DNA from: Octopus sinensis
Taxonomy: Eukaryota
Direction: 5' to 3'
Assembly: GCF_006345805.1 (NCBI RefSeq)
Contig: NC_043007.1
Span: 18,724,001 to 18,788,000 of the forward strand
DNA length: 64,000 bases
Shown: in pieces, positions 39,055-54,555 of the stretch
Position numbering within the stretch: position 1 is the stretch's first letter
Layout: each line of letters opens with the position of its first letter
The notes under the pieces: generated by a model
The model's database searches: none
What the model was told of the DNA's origin: nothing
The model's input: only the letters and a program-made list of their open reading frames with translations
Made by a program: the position numbers and the translations under genes

Positions 39055-39218
39055 TATTATTATTATTATTGTTATTATATTATTACTGTTATTATTATTA
39101 TACTGTTATATTATTTATTATTTATTATTATTATATTATTATTATTATTATTGTTATTATTATTATTACTGTTATATTATTATTATGTTATTATATTATT
39201 ATTATTATTATTATTATC

Positions 39219-39255
<37 letters not shown>

Positions 39256-39274
39256 TTATTATCATTATTCAAGA

Positions 39275-39486
39275 CGGGAGCTGATCGAATCGTTAGCACG
39301 CCGGGCGAAATGCTTAGCGGTATTTCGTCTGCCGCTATGTTTTGAATTCAAATTCCGCGGGGTTGACTTTGCCTTTCATCCTTTCGGAGTCGATAAATTA
39401 GGTACCAGTGAAATACTGAGGTCGATGTAATCGAATATCCCCTTCCTCCAAAATTTCAGGTCTTGCGCAATAGTACAAAGGATTAA

Positions 39487-39490
<4 letters not shown>
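39275..39490 (+). mobile_element. SINE family B-related monomer (alternative tail)
   Basis: Family B head and body, tail CCAAAATTTCAGGTCTTG. Confidence 0.75.
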
Positions 39491-39538
<48 letters not shown>

Positions 39539-39993
39539 GAGTGAGAGAGAGCAGAGCATATCGTCAAAGTGACACTGAGGTAAAATATTGTAGAAGACAC
39601 TTGCCCAGTATATTACTACATGTACTACATGTCTGTACTCTAGGTGTAACAGCTGGAGAACTGATGCGGCTTACCCCCGCAAAAATTTTCGCACGTACGC
39701 CAGAAGAGTGGCGTCACCTCTCACCCAAAGGTTTTTCGAGAAACAATAAAGTCAGAGAGCTTTTGAACGCACCCCGTATTAAAAACTACATTGGATATAC
39801 ATATATATGTGTGTATGTACATATATATATATATATGTAATATATATATATAAATATAAATAGATAAAATAAACATAGATATATTTTTATACATGCATAT
39901 GTACACACACATATATAATATTCCCCTTAAAAAACCGGGGTGGTGTGAGCGTTAAAAATTATTATTATATTATTGTTGTTGTTGTTGTTGTTG

Positions 39994-40025
<32 letters not shown>

Positions 40026-40135
40026 GTTCTTCTTTTTTCCTCCTCACTATCATCGTTATTATAATTATTATTATCCCTTCTCCCCTTAGATTTTAAACTC
40101 ATCTTTTCCTACTCCTCATCGTCGTCGTACTCGTT

Positions 40136-40175
<40 letters not shown>

Positions 40176-40681
40176 ATACGATAATAGTAATTTCTTTAGG
40201 CTCTTACTTATTTCATATTTTTTCTCATCAAATTCACTTTACAGTATTCCTGTTACAGCTAGACATATATTTTTATGAAATTTCCATCCAAATTTTAAAT
40301 ATGACAACGAAAGTTATATAATCATGCATACACACACACACACACATACATACATACACACATACATACATACATACATACATACATACATACATACATA
40401 CACGCATACATACATACATACTCACGCATACATGAATACGTACAAAAATACATACATGCATACATATAAACATACATAGAAACAAACAGACAAACGTACA
40501 TGTAAGCATACATACATACATCAATACAAGCATACATATGCCATATATCATTCATACAAATGCCTCTCTCCGCATATATATATACAGACATATATATATA
40601 TATAATATATATATGTTGCATATATTATATATTATATATATATAATATTATATATAATATATAATAATATATATATGTATA

Positions 40682-40712
<31 letters not shown>

Positions 40713-41319
40713 TATATATAATATATATATATAATATATATACACACACACACTGACATGCCTACCCCTATGAACACATATACACACACGTGCGCAAAAT
40801 GAGGAGTAGTGCGTGTGTATTTGCACGTGTGTCTGTATGTATGTGTATATTGGTGTTCTTGTGAGGCAATGTGCACGCTTATAATTATATATAATTATAA
40901 TATAATAATATACAATAAAATTTAGGTAAGTATGCATGTGTGTATATGTAAGCCTATATACGTGTATGGATCTATGATGACAACGGTGCTGCAGCCGCTG
41001 ACGACGACGATGATGATGATGACAATGAAAACCCAAAACCAAAAAAGCCAAAAAAAAAACAAGACAAAACAAAACAAAAAGAACAAAATAAACAAAAGAC
41101 TCTTCAGTTACCAAAGTGATTTGATTGATTTTGATTCGATTTTGATTTCAGGATGTACGTTATATACGTTATATACACACATTTATATACATCCATATAT
41201 ATGAATATATACATACATACACACACACAAATATATATACACATACATACATATATATATATATACATACATATGTACATATACATGTATATATATTATA
41301 TATATATATATATATAGAT

Positions 41320-41351
<32 letters not shown>

Positions 41352-41794
41352 GTACATAAATATATATATGTATATATGTATATATATATATATACATATA
41401 TACAGATGCATATATGTATATATATTTCTATGTACTGACATGTACTTTTATATAAATATATATAGAAGTGCGTACATGTATGTATATATTGTATATATTA
41501 TATATATTATATACTTACACACGCACACATATACACACACGCATACACAAACATATATACATACGCTTGTTAAATCATTTTTCTTCTCTGCACCAAATGT
41601 ACGGAAGCTAAAATCAGAAACCCATTAGCAAGATGGACTTTCTTTGTGTTAAAATATAAAAATTCTTCAAAAACATAAAACAAAACACGGCAAAAACAAT
41701 GTAAAATCTAAGAACAAAAACAATAGTTACCACAACAAGAACAACAATCACCACAACACCAGTGACAACATCATTGACAACAACAGCAACAGCG

Positions 41795-42256
<462 letters not shown>

Positions 42257-42775
42257 TGATGGCTTCATAAAATTGAGCGTCAAGCGTACGAGCCAACTTG
42301 TCATTTTTAGCTATTTTTTCTCTGCTTGAATGTCAGTAGATGTCTCAATTTACATAACAGCTATTTGTTTTACGTGCTTACGTAAATATATGTTTCTGCA
42401 CACAGATACACACATGTACAAACACACACACATCTACATGTATACGTACGAACATACGTACATACACAAACACAGACATATACCTACATGTATGCGTACA
42501 TACATACATATATATACAAACGCGCGCGCACACACACACACATATAAGTAAATATAAATGAATACAGACATACACACACACACACACGCACATATATATA
42601 TACACACACATATATATACGCATATAAAATGATAAATGAATATATATATATACATACATATATATATACATATAAATAGATAAATGAATATATATATAGA
42701 TATATATACACATACACGCACATATATACGTTTATACAGATAAATGCATTTAAATACATACATATATATATATGC

Positions 42776-42806
<31 letters not shown>

Positions 42807-43276
42807 TACATGTGCAAAAGTGCATAAATTCATATATAAGTGGATATATACGTACGCACATGAGTATACATAAACATATATGTGTTCATACATGCGTATA
42901 TTAACACACATAAATACATACATAAACACACACACACGTACGTACATAGATACATTCAAATGTATAAAAGTACAGATCTGAGCATTTCCGAATACAATCG
43001 TTTTGCGGTTTAAAGAGGATTCATAAAACGCCCCAAGTATTCTCCAGTTTGAGGTTTTAGGTGAATACATGCACGCAGCCACACATATGAGGTACCAACC
43101 AACACACGCACGAATACACATTAATAAAGCACACACGCACGTACACACGCAGTTGCATTAAATGGACTTGCGCACCTACAACACAAGTGCAAGTTTATTC
43201 ATACACTCACACATTCACACACACATTGGATGTGTCGAGCCTCCATCATCAGAATAGAAAATATTTTACATTTCAG

Positions 43277-43436
43277 CTCGACTTGTGCAATGTTTATTTG
43301 CTTCCGTTACTAGCTGTTTACTTTGGTAAACTACATCTAGCCAACATCATGACGTATCTCCGAGCCTCCAGAAACGGCCGTTGGACTTATAACACCTTAC
43401 CTCACACCTTAATTTTCTCTGTCGTTTGTACTCTAT
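43277..43436 (+). CDS. Candidate host-gene exon
   Basis: Acceptor TTTTACATTTCAG| and donor |GTAAGT; open frame throughout; ATG 43349 gives MTYLRASRNGRWTYNTLPHTLIFSVVCTL followed by a phase-1 intron. Confidence 0.35.
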
Positions 43437-43476
43437 GTAAGTTGGATCTATTAATATAAATATATTTATACTTAAA

Positions 43477-43869
43477 CTAACAGTATCGCCCGGCGTTGCT
43501 CGGGTTTCTAAGGGAAATAACTTTAAAGCATTTTTAGAGAGTTATAGCCAAAAAATAGCAAAAAATGCATTAAAAATGGAAAAAAAATTATGGTAAATTT
43601 TTTAAAAAATCGTTGACTCATCGTAGACATTTTTAGAGAGTTACTTCCCTTATATTAAAAAAATATGCATTAAAAATGGAAAAAAATGATTGTAAATTAT
43701 TTTAAAATCGTAGACTCATCGTAGACGCACGCTAATACCCAGAAGGGTTTGATATAAATCACGACTATAAGATACCCGGTTTTGGTTAAACTGCACCGCA
43801 AAATGTGGGAGTAGCTAGGAATCTAAATCGTAGGAGACAGACACACAACTTCACTTTTATATATAAAGA
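43477..43869 (-). mobile_element. Non-autonomous Helitron, second subfamily
   Basis: Close to 36302-36699, with internal subrepeats. Confidence 0.8.
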
Positions 43870-43935
43870 TATTCATCTCTGGAAAATCTTCCGTCTTTGC
43901 TTCATTTCTGTTTTGCATGTACACCTACCTACCTA

Positions 43936-44027
<92 letters not shown>

Positions 44028-44300
44028 ATACGACGGGCTTCTTTCAGTTTCACTCACAAGGCTTTGGTCGGGCCGAGACTATGGTAGAAGACATTTGCCC
44101 AAGGCGTCACGCAGTGTGACTGAACCGGGAACCATGTGGTTGGGAAGCAAGCTTCTAACCACACAGTCACGCCTGCAACAACCTTTTTTTTATAAAATTC
44201 ATTTCATACAATTTGTATGCGTCGAGGTTCATAATTATTTGTCGTAGATTTAGTTTCTGGACAGGAGCTTTTTGGTTGCGCTCGATATCATTCTGTTGAG

Positions 44301-44716
44301 GGCGGCGAGATGGCAGAAACGTTAGCACGCCGGGCGAAATGCTTAGCGGCATTTCGTCTGCCGCTACGTTCTGAGTTCAAATTCCGCCGAGGTCAACTTT
44401 GCCTTTCATCCTTTCGGGGTCGATTAAATAAGTACCAGTTACGCACTGGGGTCGATGTAATCGACTTAATCCGTTTGTCTGTCCTTGCTTTGTCCTCTCT
44501 GTGTTTAACCTCTTGTGGGTAGTAAAGAAATAGGTATTTCTTCTGATGTTATGTTCCGAGTTCAAATTCCGCCGCTGTTGACTTTGCCTTTCATCCTTTC
44601 GGGGTCGATTAAACAAGTACCAGTTATGCACTGGGGTTGATGTAATCGTCTTAGTCCATTTGTCTGTCCTTGATTGTCCCCTCTGTGTTTAGCCCCTTGT
44701 GGGTAATAAAGAAATA
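44301..44716 (+). mobile_element. SINE family B dimer with 17-bp TSD
   Basis: Flanks GATATCATTCTGTTGAG and GATATTATTCTATCGAG. Confidence 0.85.
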
Positions 44717-44949
44717 GATATTATTCTATCGAGGGGCGGTTCACGTGTATCGAGACTTCAGGAATGAATTGGAATGTTTTATTGTGTAAAAAAAAAAAAG
44801 AAAAGAAATTAAAATTAAATTATTTAAAAATCAAAATTTGCAAATACTCTAAAAATAAATTTCCAAAATTGCTTTTCATGCAGCTCAGCCCAATAAATTC
44901 TTTAGTCTCATGGAGCTATTGTTGAAGATACTTCTGAATAGCTCTGCAC

Positions 44950-45472
<523 letters not shown>

Positions 45473-46401
45473 GCCGAGAAGTAAACAGAAAATAAGGTCT
45501 AGGAATATTTAGAATCAGAAATTACAAAATATTTCTTTTGTTTTCTTTCTTTTCATTTAAAATCATTGAAAAAGAAAGAGAGTCCTGTTTTGTTATTAGG
45601 AGAGACTCATAAAAATTCATTAAATTCAACAATCTGAATTTGTATCTGTTGAATAAGTTGCAAACAGCCACCGTCGTTGGAATATCCTCGTCAAAACCTG
45701 AATACATGATGAAGGCAATAAGGAAAGACGAAAGACGAAAGAGAATTTCGAAATAGAAAAAAAAAACATAAATGTAAACAAGGAAAAAGAAACCGAATCG
45801 ATAGATAAAATATCATAAAAAACTATAAATTATTTTAAAAAAGAAATGAATGTATAAAATTCAGTGAGAGAAATGAAAGAAATAACGAACAGAACGTAAA
45901 AACAGTATTCAATAAAGATGGTGTAAATGATGCTATGATCTTTAAATGTATCGTATGGTGCTTCTGTATTCGCCTCGCTGATGATAACTCGTGATGAGGT
46001 GGAATTCTAGTTTGTAATTGTTGTCAGGTCGGGGGAAGCGATTCAAATCAGAAATCTGTAACCGAAGCAAGGCTGAAAATTCAGGTCAGCAGTTCTCCAT
46101 ATTCAAGCTGTTGTTTGGAAGTCGTATTCTCTGGTGGAATATTCGTATATTTCCCTGTCGTACAAATAATATTCTATACAGAGATTTTGAACACGATGCT
46201 TTATGAAAAATTTGTGTGGCGGGGTCTCATAAAGAAACGGTTCAACACAGTTCTGGGAAGGGATCAAGTAACAGTGTCTTTATGCAGTCAAGTGTTTGTA
46301 GTTTTGAGTTTATTAAGATGAGTTTGATATCTTCGAGTACGAACCTTATCGGTGGGATGTGGGTCTTAGCATCAGGTAATACTCATGTAGAGTATAGAGG
46401 T

Positions 46402-47185
46402 CAGTGGTTCTCGACCATGGTCCATAGGGCCCCTGTGGGTCCATATAAGATTTTTGGGGGCCCATTCAGCAGAATAGTAAATTGGGTTCACAGTAGTATT
46501 TGAAGGGTAAATGAAAAAAAATTGCTTTAGATGTATAGATGTATATATGTATATATATATATAGGCGCAGGTGTGGCTGTGTGGTAAGTAGCTTTCTTAC
46601 CAACCACATGGTTCCAAGTTCATTCCCACTGCATGGCACCTTGGGCAAGTGTCTTCTACTATAGCCTCGGACCGACCAAAGCCTTGTGAGTGGATTTGAT
46701 AGACGGAAACTGAAAGAAGCCCGTCGTCTATATGTGTATATATGTATGTGTATGTGTGTGTATGTTTATGTGTTTGTCCCCCCAGTATCGCTTGACAACC
46801 GATGGTGGTGTGTTTATGTCCCCGTAACTTAGCGGTTCGGCAAAAGAGACCGATAGAATAAGTACTAGGCTTACAAAGAAAAGTCCTAGGGTCGATTTGC
46901 TTGACTGAAAGGTGGTGCTCCAGCATGGCCACAGTCACATGACTGAAACAAGTAAAAGAGCAAAAGAGGGAGTATTGGTATGTATTTCAGGAAACAACCA
47001 GGTTTCTTTCTCTAACATTTTGCAGAGTTCAAACTACATAAGTGAATGAGGGAAAAACAAAATAGGAATTTTGAAAGAGGTTTCTACAAGACTAGTTTTC
47101 AAACATCGAATGGCTATGGAGGTCCACCAGAATAGCATAGTAATCAAAAGGGGTCCTCAGACAAAAAATGGTTGAGAACCCCTGG
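46402..47185. mobile_element. hAT-like MITE containing a family A SINE (46562-46968, +)
   Basis: CAGTGGTTCTCGACCAT ... ATGGTTGAGAACCCCTG termini; nested full-length SINE. Confidence 0.7.
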
Positions 47186-47794
47186 TATCGATCATAGGTG
47201 AGGAAACTACTACAAAGTTACTATGCACCGATCCCGAGATAGCTTTGGAATAAGGCGCCATTTTGTTCTAAAATAGCGTCAACTGTCCACTGGGTGGATT
47301 TTGAAATATTAAATGCAATAAAGACCTTCTACAAACAGAGACTAGTTAATGTATTTTTGTGAGTAAAATTATGTAGCGTTAAGGTTACTGATTTTTTAAA
47401 AACATAATATAAGAAAAATATCTTGCAGCTCTTGAACGTAATTAAAATAGAAATCTCACAAGATGGCTCATATCAAACAAATTGGTCGCTTTTGGTAGTT
47501 CTGTCAGATATTTCAGTTGAGCGACGTTCGAGTTGCTAATTGTTACTGATTGAAAAGATCTGTGATCAAAGTCAGTTCAGCTAGCATTAACCTCATCGTT
47601 TTTAGAGATTCCTTGCTCTACTTTTCCTAATTTAAAACGATAGCGTGTCATCTGAAAGAAGTTTGGCTACTGTCTTGCTTGTCAGATGACGACGTGGAAG
47701 TTCCCTGGTTAATTCGAGCTGCTAGGTGCAAAATATATATATATGATAGAAATCAGAGGTCAGATGTATCTAGAAAAAGACTTTACAGTGTCTC

Positions 47795-48488
47795 GGCGAG
47801 CTGGCAGAAACGTTAGCATGCCGGGCGAAATGCTTAGCGGTATATATTCACACACACACACACACACCACACACACACACACCACACACACACACACACA
47901 CACATTGGATGTATCGAGACTCCATCATCAGAATAGAAAATATTTTACATTTCAGCTCGACCTGTGCAATATTCCGCCGAGGTCGACTTTGCCTTTCATC
48001 CTTCCGGGGTCGATTAAATAAGTACCAGTTACGCACTGGGGTCGATGTAATCGACTTAATCCGTTTGTCTGTCCTTGTTTGTCCTCTCTGTGTTTAGCCC
48101 CTTGTGGGTAGTAAAGAAATAGGTATTTTGTCTGCCGCTACGTTCTGAGTTCAAATTCCGCTGAGGTCGACTTTGCCTTTCATCCTTTCGGGGTCAATTA
48201 AATAAGTACCAATTAAGAACAGGGGTCGATATAATCGACTTAATCCGTTTGTCTGTCCTTGTTTGTCCTCTCTGTGTTTAGCCCTTTGTGGGCAGTAAAG
48301 AAATGGGCATTTCGTCTGCCGTTACGTTCTTAGTTCAAATTCCGCCGAGGTCGACTTTACATTTCATTCTTCCGGGGTCGATAAATTAAGAATCTGTTAC
48401 GCACTTGGGTCGATGTAATCGACTTAATCCCTTTGTTTGTCCTTGTTTGTCCCCTCTATGTTTAGCCTCCTGTGGGCAATAAAGAAAT
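47795..48488 (+). mobile_element. SINE family B trimer with a foreign insert in the first head
   Basis: Three ~185-bp units joined at AAAGAAAT(A/G)GG(T/C)ATTT. Confidence 0.85.
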
Positions 48489-48749
48489 AAGATACGTGCT
48501 TGATCGAATGTTTTGTAACATTTTAACATAGTAAAATTTAAGCAGTCCATGAAATAATTTTGCAGGAAACATCTTGTCAGCCATGGTTCTTTAATAAACA
48601 TGTTGAATGAAAAGCTCCCAAGGTAATGCCTAAATGATTAATCTCCGTCAAATAGACTTGTTGTTCTCCGGAGATTGGTTCCTGTTAATAAGAGACATCT
48701 ATGAGTTTTAGGAATTTTATTGAGCAAAATTTTACTATACGGCCAGTTT

Positions 48750-49055
48750 GTGGAGGCACATAGCTTAGTGGTTAGAGCAGTGGACTCGCGGTCGAGAGAT
48801 CGCGGGTTCGAATCTCAGACCGGGCGATGTGTTTGTTTATGAGCGAAACACCTAAGCTCCACGCGGCTCCAGCAGAAGGTAATGGCGAACTTTTGCTGAC
48901 TCTTTCGCCATAATTTTCTCTCACTCTTTCCTCCTGCATCTTGCAGCTCACCTGCGACGGACCGGCGTCCCGTCCAGGTGGGAAACCTATATACCAAAGA
49001 AACCGGGAAACCGGCCCTTATGAACCAGGCGTGGCTCGAGAAGGAACAAACAACA
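48750..49055 (+). mobile_element. tRNA-derived SINE, short form, 13-bp TSD
   Basis: A and B boxes; TSD ATACGGCCAGTTT on both sides; same head as 14868 and 27480 but a different 3' half. Confidence 0.9.
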
Positions 49056-49631
49056 ATACGGCCAGTTTCAAAAAGCACTAACAAGGCTGAAGAAGCACAT
49101 CGTGGGTCACAGTAGCAGATTCAACAAAACTTCAAACAAAAATCCATATAGGAAATCTGCAGGAATTTGTCAGTCACCGTAAAAATTGTAGGGCTATTTT
49201 AGCTCAATACCACAAAATTCACGTAATAATTCTTTACGAATAGATAACATGCTCGTTGACTGAGTCAATTGGCTGGTTAGAGATAATCATCAGATACGTA
49301 CGTATTTCTGCTGAACAATACAATAACAACATGCGTAGTCCAGGAGCTTCCTAATAACACCTTCTACAGGAAAAGCGTAAAGGTAATTTTATAGGGCGGA
49401 AAAGCTATTTGGAAGACCAGGCTGGTATGATTCAACAGATTGTTACTTTAGCGTTTTATTTTTGTGAGCTAGATTCATTATTTCAGATCTCTTGGTAATG
49501 CTGTAGCTTATATGCTTTTTGGAAATAATTTTCGATCGTTGTTTTCAGTTTTATACCAGCCTGGTTTTTTTCTGATGAGAAACTGGAAGGGATTAGAATA
49601 GTGTAGATTCTCGAATCCTAGGAAAAGTTGT

Positions 49632-49790
49632 CGTAGGAGTGGCTGTGTGGTAAGTAGCTTGCTTACGAACTACATAGTTCCGAGTTCAGTCCCACTGAGT
49701 GGCACCTTGGGCAAGTGTCTTCTACTATAGCCTCGGGCCGACCAATGCCTTGTGAGTGGATTTGGTAGACGGAAACTGAAAGAAGCCCGT

Positions 49791-49826
<36 letters not shown>

Positions 49827-50054
49827 AGTGTGTGTGTGTGTATGTTTGTGTGTCTGTGTTTGTTCCCCCAACATCGCTTGACAACCGATGCTGGTGTGTT
49901 TACGTCCCCGTAACTTAGCGGTTCGGCAAAAGAGCGACCGATAGAATAAGTACTAGAATAAGTCCTGGGGTCTATGTGCTCGACTGAAGGCGCTGCTCCA
50001 GCACGGCCACTGTCAAATGACTGAAACAAGTAAAAGCGTAAAAGAGTAAAAGAG
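49632..50054 (+). mobile_element. SINE family A
   Basis: Full-length match. Confidence 0.85.
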
Positions 50055-50197
50055 GGTCGGCCGAAGGTTTGCAAGAAGTGAAACGAAAATTCAGGAATTT
50101 CACGGGATCTCCTTTATCATAGTAAATAATCTGATGATGGGATTACGTAATCGACTGATTTACAGACATCAAGGGATGGCTTCTATCACGTCACATT

Positions 50198-50586
50198 CTA
50201 TTTCTTTACGACCCACAAGGGGCTAAACACAGAGCGGACAAACAAGGACAGACAAACGGATTAAGTCGATTACATCGACCCCAGTGCGTCCTTAATTTAT
50301 CGACCCCGGAAGGATGAAAGGCAAAGTCGACCTCGGCGGAATTTGAACTCAGAACGCAGCAGTGGACGAAATACCTATTTCTTTACTAACCCCAAGGGGC
50401 TAAACACAGAGAGAACAAACAAGGACAGACATAGGTATTAAGTCGATTACATCGACCCCAGTGCGTAACTGGTACTTTATTTATCGACCCCGGAAGGATG
50501 AAAGTCAAAGTGGACCTCGGCGGAATTTGAACTCAGAACGTAACGGCAGACGACATACCGCAAAGCATTTCGCCTGGCGTGCTAAC
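50198..50586 (-). mobile_element. SINE family B dimer
   Basis: Two units with junction GAAATACCTATTTC. Confidence 0.85.
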
Positions 50587-50637
50587 TCCATCACGTTACA
50601 TTCACAATTCTGTCTGTCTATCTACACACACATGCGT

Positions 50638-50688
<51 letters not shown>

Positions 50689-50992
50689 TACACACGCACA
50701 CGCATACGCATGTGTATATAGATGACTACGGCTGTACAAATGAACCACCATTATTGCTACCGTGGTTTTTGTCTTGTATTTCTTGTTTGGTAAATGAAGT
50801 GTTTTGAGACGCTTATTTTTTTATTCATCTCTCGATGTTATATCGTTTCATTCGGGATCTTGTTGAGCAGAATTTCCATTTTTCCCTTCTGGAATGTATT
50901 GTCATGTGCCCTATCTCCTTTTGATTAACAGGAAAATACTGGAAAAAATATAGAAATATGAGACCCATACTATTGGAGTGTGTACTCTGTAT

Positions 50993-51051
<59 letters not shown>

Positions 51052-51613
51052 TAGAGATAGAGAGTAGAGAGAGATAGAGAGAGAGAGATACAGAGAGATA
51101 GAGATACAGATGGAGAGAATGGGAAAAACAGATAATTAGATAAAGAACTAGAGAATCAGAGAGAGGGAAAGAGAGAAAAGGAAAGAGAGAAAAGGAAAGA
51201 GAGAAAGAAAAACTGAATGAGTGTAGAATCCTCAGTAGCATGCAGTGGTGCCAGGGTTTGTGAACTCTACAACTTTTGATGCCAGTATTTGGTGCCAACT
51301 CTTACAAGATCTTCCAGATATAAATTACTGCGTCTCTCCTAATTCTTCGCGTCAGTGAGCAGATGATTAAAGTTTTCTATCTTCCCCGTAGTTGCAGCTA
51401 CTGCATAGAAGCAATCAGCTTGGTGTAGGCCTGCATTAGAAGCAATCAACATTTAGTGTAGAAGAGTTGGCATGCTTCCAGTCCAGCAATGAATTTAAAC
51501 ACTATGAGAAAACTATTGTTTTCTCATTTCCTTCTCGTATGCATGAAGTAATGCATCGTTATTCGCTATTACTTTCAGGTCTCGTACATATTCGGCCGTT
51601 ACTGCTGCAGCAT

Positions 51614-51834
51614 GGGCGGTGAGTTGGCGTAATCGTTGAGTGTTAGAAAGCTTTGTATTATTTGTTCTGACACATGAGTTCAAATTCCTCCGAGGTCGAC
51701 TTTGCCTTTCATCCTTTCGGGGTCGATTAGATAAGTACCAGTTACGCACTGAGGTCGATGTAATCGACTTAATCCGTTTGTCTGTCCTTGTTTGTCCTAT
51801 CTGTGTTTAGCCCCCTGTGGGCAATAAAGAAATA
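51614..51834 (+). mobile_element. SINE family B monomer
   Basis: Body and tail match; diverged head. Confidence 0.8.
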
Positions 51835-52071
51835 AAAATGTCTTAAAGATGAGATGAGATGCTTTAGAAATAATTTCTTTTAAATGAAAACCAGAGTTAA
51901 TTGTTGCATGGGATAAAGTGAAAAGATGATGGGAGCGTGACATTAAGACAACTTTACTGCTTCTCGGTTGCTACTCATACTTATTTTATCAGACTCTGAA
52001 GAATGAGAGCATGCCGGATTCCAATGAAATTTGAAATAATAAAGATCCAAATTTAAATACTGAAATAATTA

Positions 52072-52212
52072 TTAGGTTGTCCCAAAAGTTCGTAAACACT
52101 TGCGAAAATTGAATTTTTACTCGCCAAGTACTAACAAAAACAACAAAAATTATTCCTCAAAATAAAGACCATTATTTTCCAAGACTTTCTACGAACTTTT
52201 GGCACAACCTTA
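52072..52212. mobile_element. Mariner-type MITE
   Basis: TA|TTAGGTTGTCCCAAAAGTTCGTA ... TACGAACTTTTGGCACAACCTTA|TA. Confidence 0.75.
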
Positions 52213-52554
52213 TATTTTGCAAGTAATCTTAATCGTAGCATATGTTTGGCACCTGAAGACAATCAAAGATTTGTATGTTCAAAACTAACTTAAGAATTTT
52301 TTCATAGTTTAACAAAAAAAAAATGTGATTTTGTGCAACTATATTACATGAACTTCTGAAACAGAATAAATGGAATTATCATTCTATAACTATTTCCTTT
52401 TATCTGGAAGAGAAGTTACAATCGAAACTAACGACCAACCATTTAACAAGAAGATTCCAAATACAACAACAATAATAAGCAAACAATAACAACAGCAGCA
52501 ACAACCAAAACAGTATACATAATAATAATAATGATGATGATGATAATAATAATG

Positions 52555-52594
<40 letters not shown>

Positions 52595-52640
52595 TAATAA
52601 TAATGATGATAATAATAATAATAATAAAAAAAAAATAATA

Positions 52641-52690
<50 letters not shown>

Positions 52691-52691
52691 A

Positions 52692-52752
<61 letters not shown>

Positions 52753-53638
52753 GTAAAATAATAATAATAATAATAATAATTACTAATATAATAATAATAA
52801 TAATAATAAAGAATAACTCTTTAATTAATTGCAGTTAGAAAATACTTTCTAGACGCTTAGTCTGTGAAAGTAAGTTTTGCAAATTTAAAAGAAAATTTGG
52901 CTGTTTTAAATAAAAATGAAAAAAAAAAAAAAATGAAGGAAAAAGCTTGCACAGCAAATAAAAAAATATATTTAAAAATAGTATTGTGCGATAAGGAGTT
53001 AAATTCTCGAATTAAAATATTATGTATTTTTTTATATGATTTTTAATAAAAAAACAAAAATTAGAATTTCTTTAGAAAGGAAATTTTTAAAGAATTAATT
53101 TGTTACAACTTTCTTTTTTATATATATTCCATCATGATAATGGCTGAACACTTAAAGTCGGTAATTGATGAATTCTGGGAGCCATGTTTCTTCTTGATGA
53201 TTAAATTTCTTCAGATGCTGAAGAGGAATATCGTTTAGCTCAAATGTCTTTTGTTAATTCAATATTATATTTAGTTTCAGGCAGCAGACACGTCAGCATA
53301 GCCTAAATATCCAAATTACCACCATATTTTTCTCTCTGTTATTCAACTTAAAATACGTGGAATGAGAGATCCTATGATTCAGAAGTCTCATCTTATAATT
53401 TATACTAATAGAAAACAAATCTTTTCACTTTGGGAATATGGAATAAAATAAAATATTCTCTTTCGTTTTTTTGGCAGATTTCAAAATAAAGAAAATAGTT
53501 TCAGTCAAGCTTATTGCTGCTACGTCTCCAGCTGACGTATGATTTATAGAAGATTATTTTCAGTGTTTTTGATAGCAGAAATAATCACAATAGGGTGATT
53601 AGTATCAATATATTAAGATATATATTAAGATATATTAA

Positions 53639-53868
53639 GGCGGCGAGCTGGCAGAACCGTTAGCATGCCGGGCGAAATGCGTAGCCGTATTTCGTCTGTC
53701 GTTACGTTCTGAGTTCAAATTCCGCCGAGGTCGACTTTGCTTTTCATCCTTTCGGGGTCGATTAAATAAGTATCAGTTACGCACTGGGGTCGATGTAATC
53801 GACTTAATCCGTTTGTTTGTCCTTGTTTGTCCTCTCTGTGTTTAGCCCCTTGTGGGCAGTAAAGAAAT
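53639..53868 (+). mobile_element. SINE family B monomer
   Basis: Full-length; flanked by TATATTAA repeats. Confidence 0.85.
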
Positions 53869-54357
53869 ATATATTAAAATATATTAAGAGATAGTTAACG
53901 TTCTCGGGCAGAGCAAAAAGGGAGACAACTTCAAACGTTTCTGGAATTTTTCACAGCCTTCGTCAGTAGAATTATCGTCCTTGATGTCGCATGCTGGCCC
54001 AGTTACAATTAACTTACTGCGTAAAAACACTTCCCTAAAAACATTGAATGACAACACAAAATGAGATTAATTGATAATTAATATTTATAGAAGTGATTAG
54101 CTCATGAGTTTTACCCATGACTTTTGTTGATTAAGTGTTTATAAGTGATTTCATCTCGACTCACATTTATTTAGCCAGTAGTCAGAGGAATGAAGAATAG
54201 AACGCTGGACTGAATTATTGACTTTAGCTTGTTGTTTAGTTCTTTGGTCAGAGCTGAGTGACTAAAGCTCTGATCGAAAACGTTTCTCCCGCAATGGCCC
54301 TCGTCTATAAATATTCAAAGTACGTTATGTAATACATACATACATACATGCATACAT

Positions 54358-54555
54358 ACATCATCATCATCATCATCATCATTATCATCGTTTAACGTCC
54401 GTTTTCCATGCTAGCATGGGTTGGACGGTTCAACTGGGGTCGGGAAGCCAGAAGGCTGCGCCAGGCTCCAGTCTGATATGGGAGTGTTTCTACAGCTGGA
54501 TGCCCTTCCTAACGTCAACCACTCCGTGAGTGTAGTGAGTGCTTTTTACGTGCCA
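54358..54555 (-). mobile_element. RTE-related retroelement 3' end with (GAT)n tail
   Basis: CATCATCGTTTAACGTCCGTTTTCCATGCTAGCATGGGTTGGAC ... GCTGGATGCCCTTCC pattern. Confidence 0.55.

Noticed and set aside
45522-45707. Minus-strand exon candidate after a pyrimidine tract (TATTCAG|GTTTTG)
   Set aside because: No donor, partner exon or recognisable protein; insufficient evidence.
45990-46400. Possible LINE RT remnants (also 53130-53400)
   Set aside because: Too degraded to identify motifs confidently by eye.
47970-48488. CRISPR-like or satellite array
   Set aside because: Units are ~185-bp SINE copies with no unique spacers; eukaryotic context and no cas genes.
53929-53971. Minus-strand CTGACGAAGG...GAAACGTT motif
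   Set aside because: Only 2-bp stems; possibly a decayed hammerhead but not supportable.
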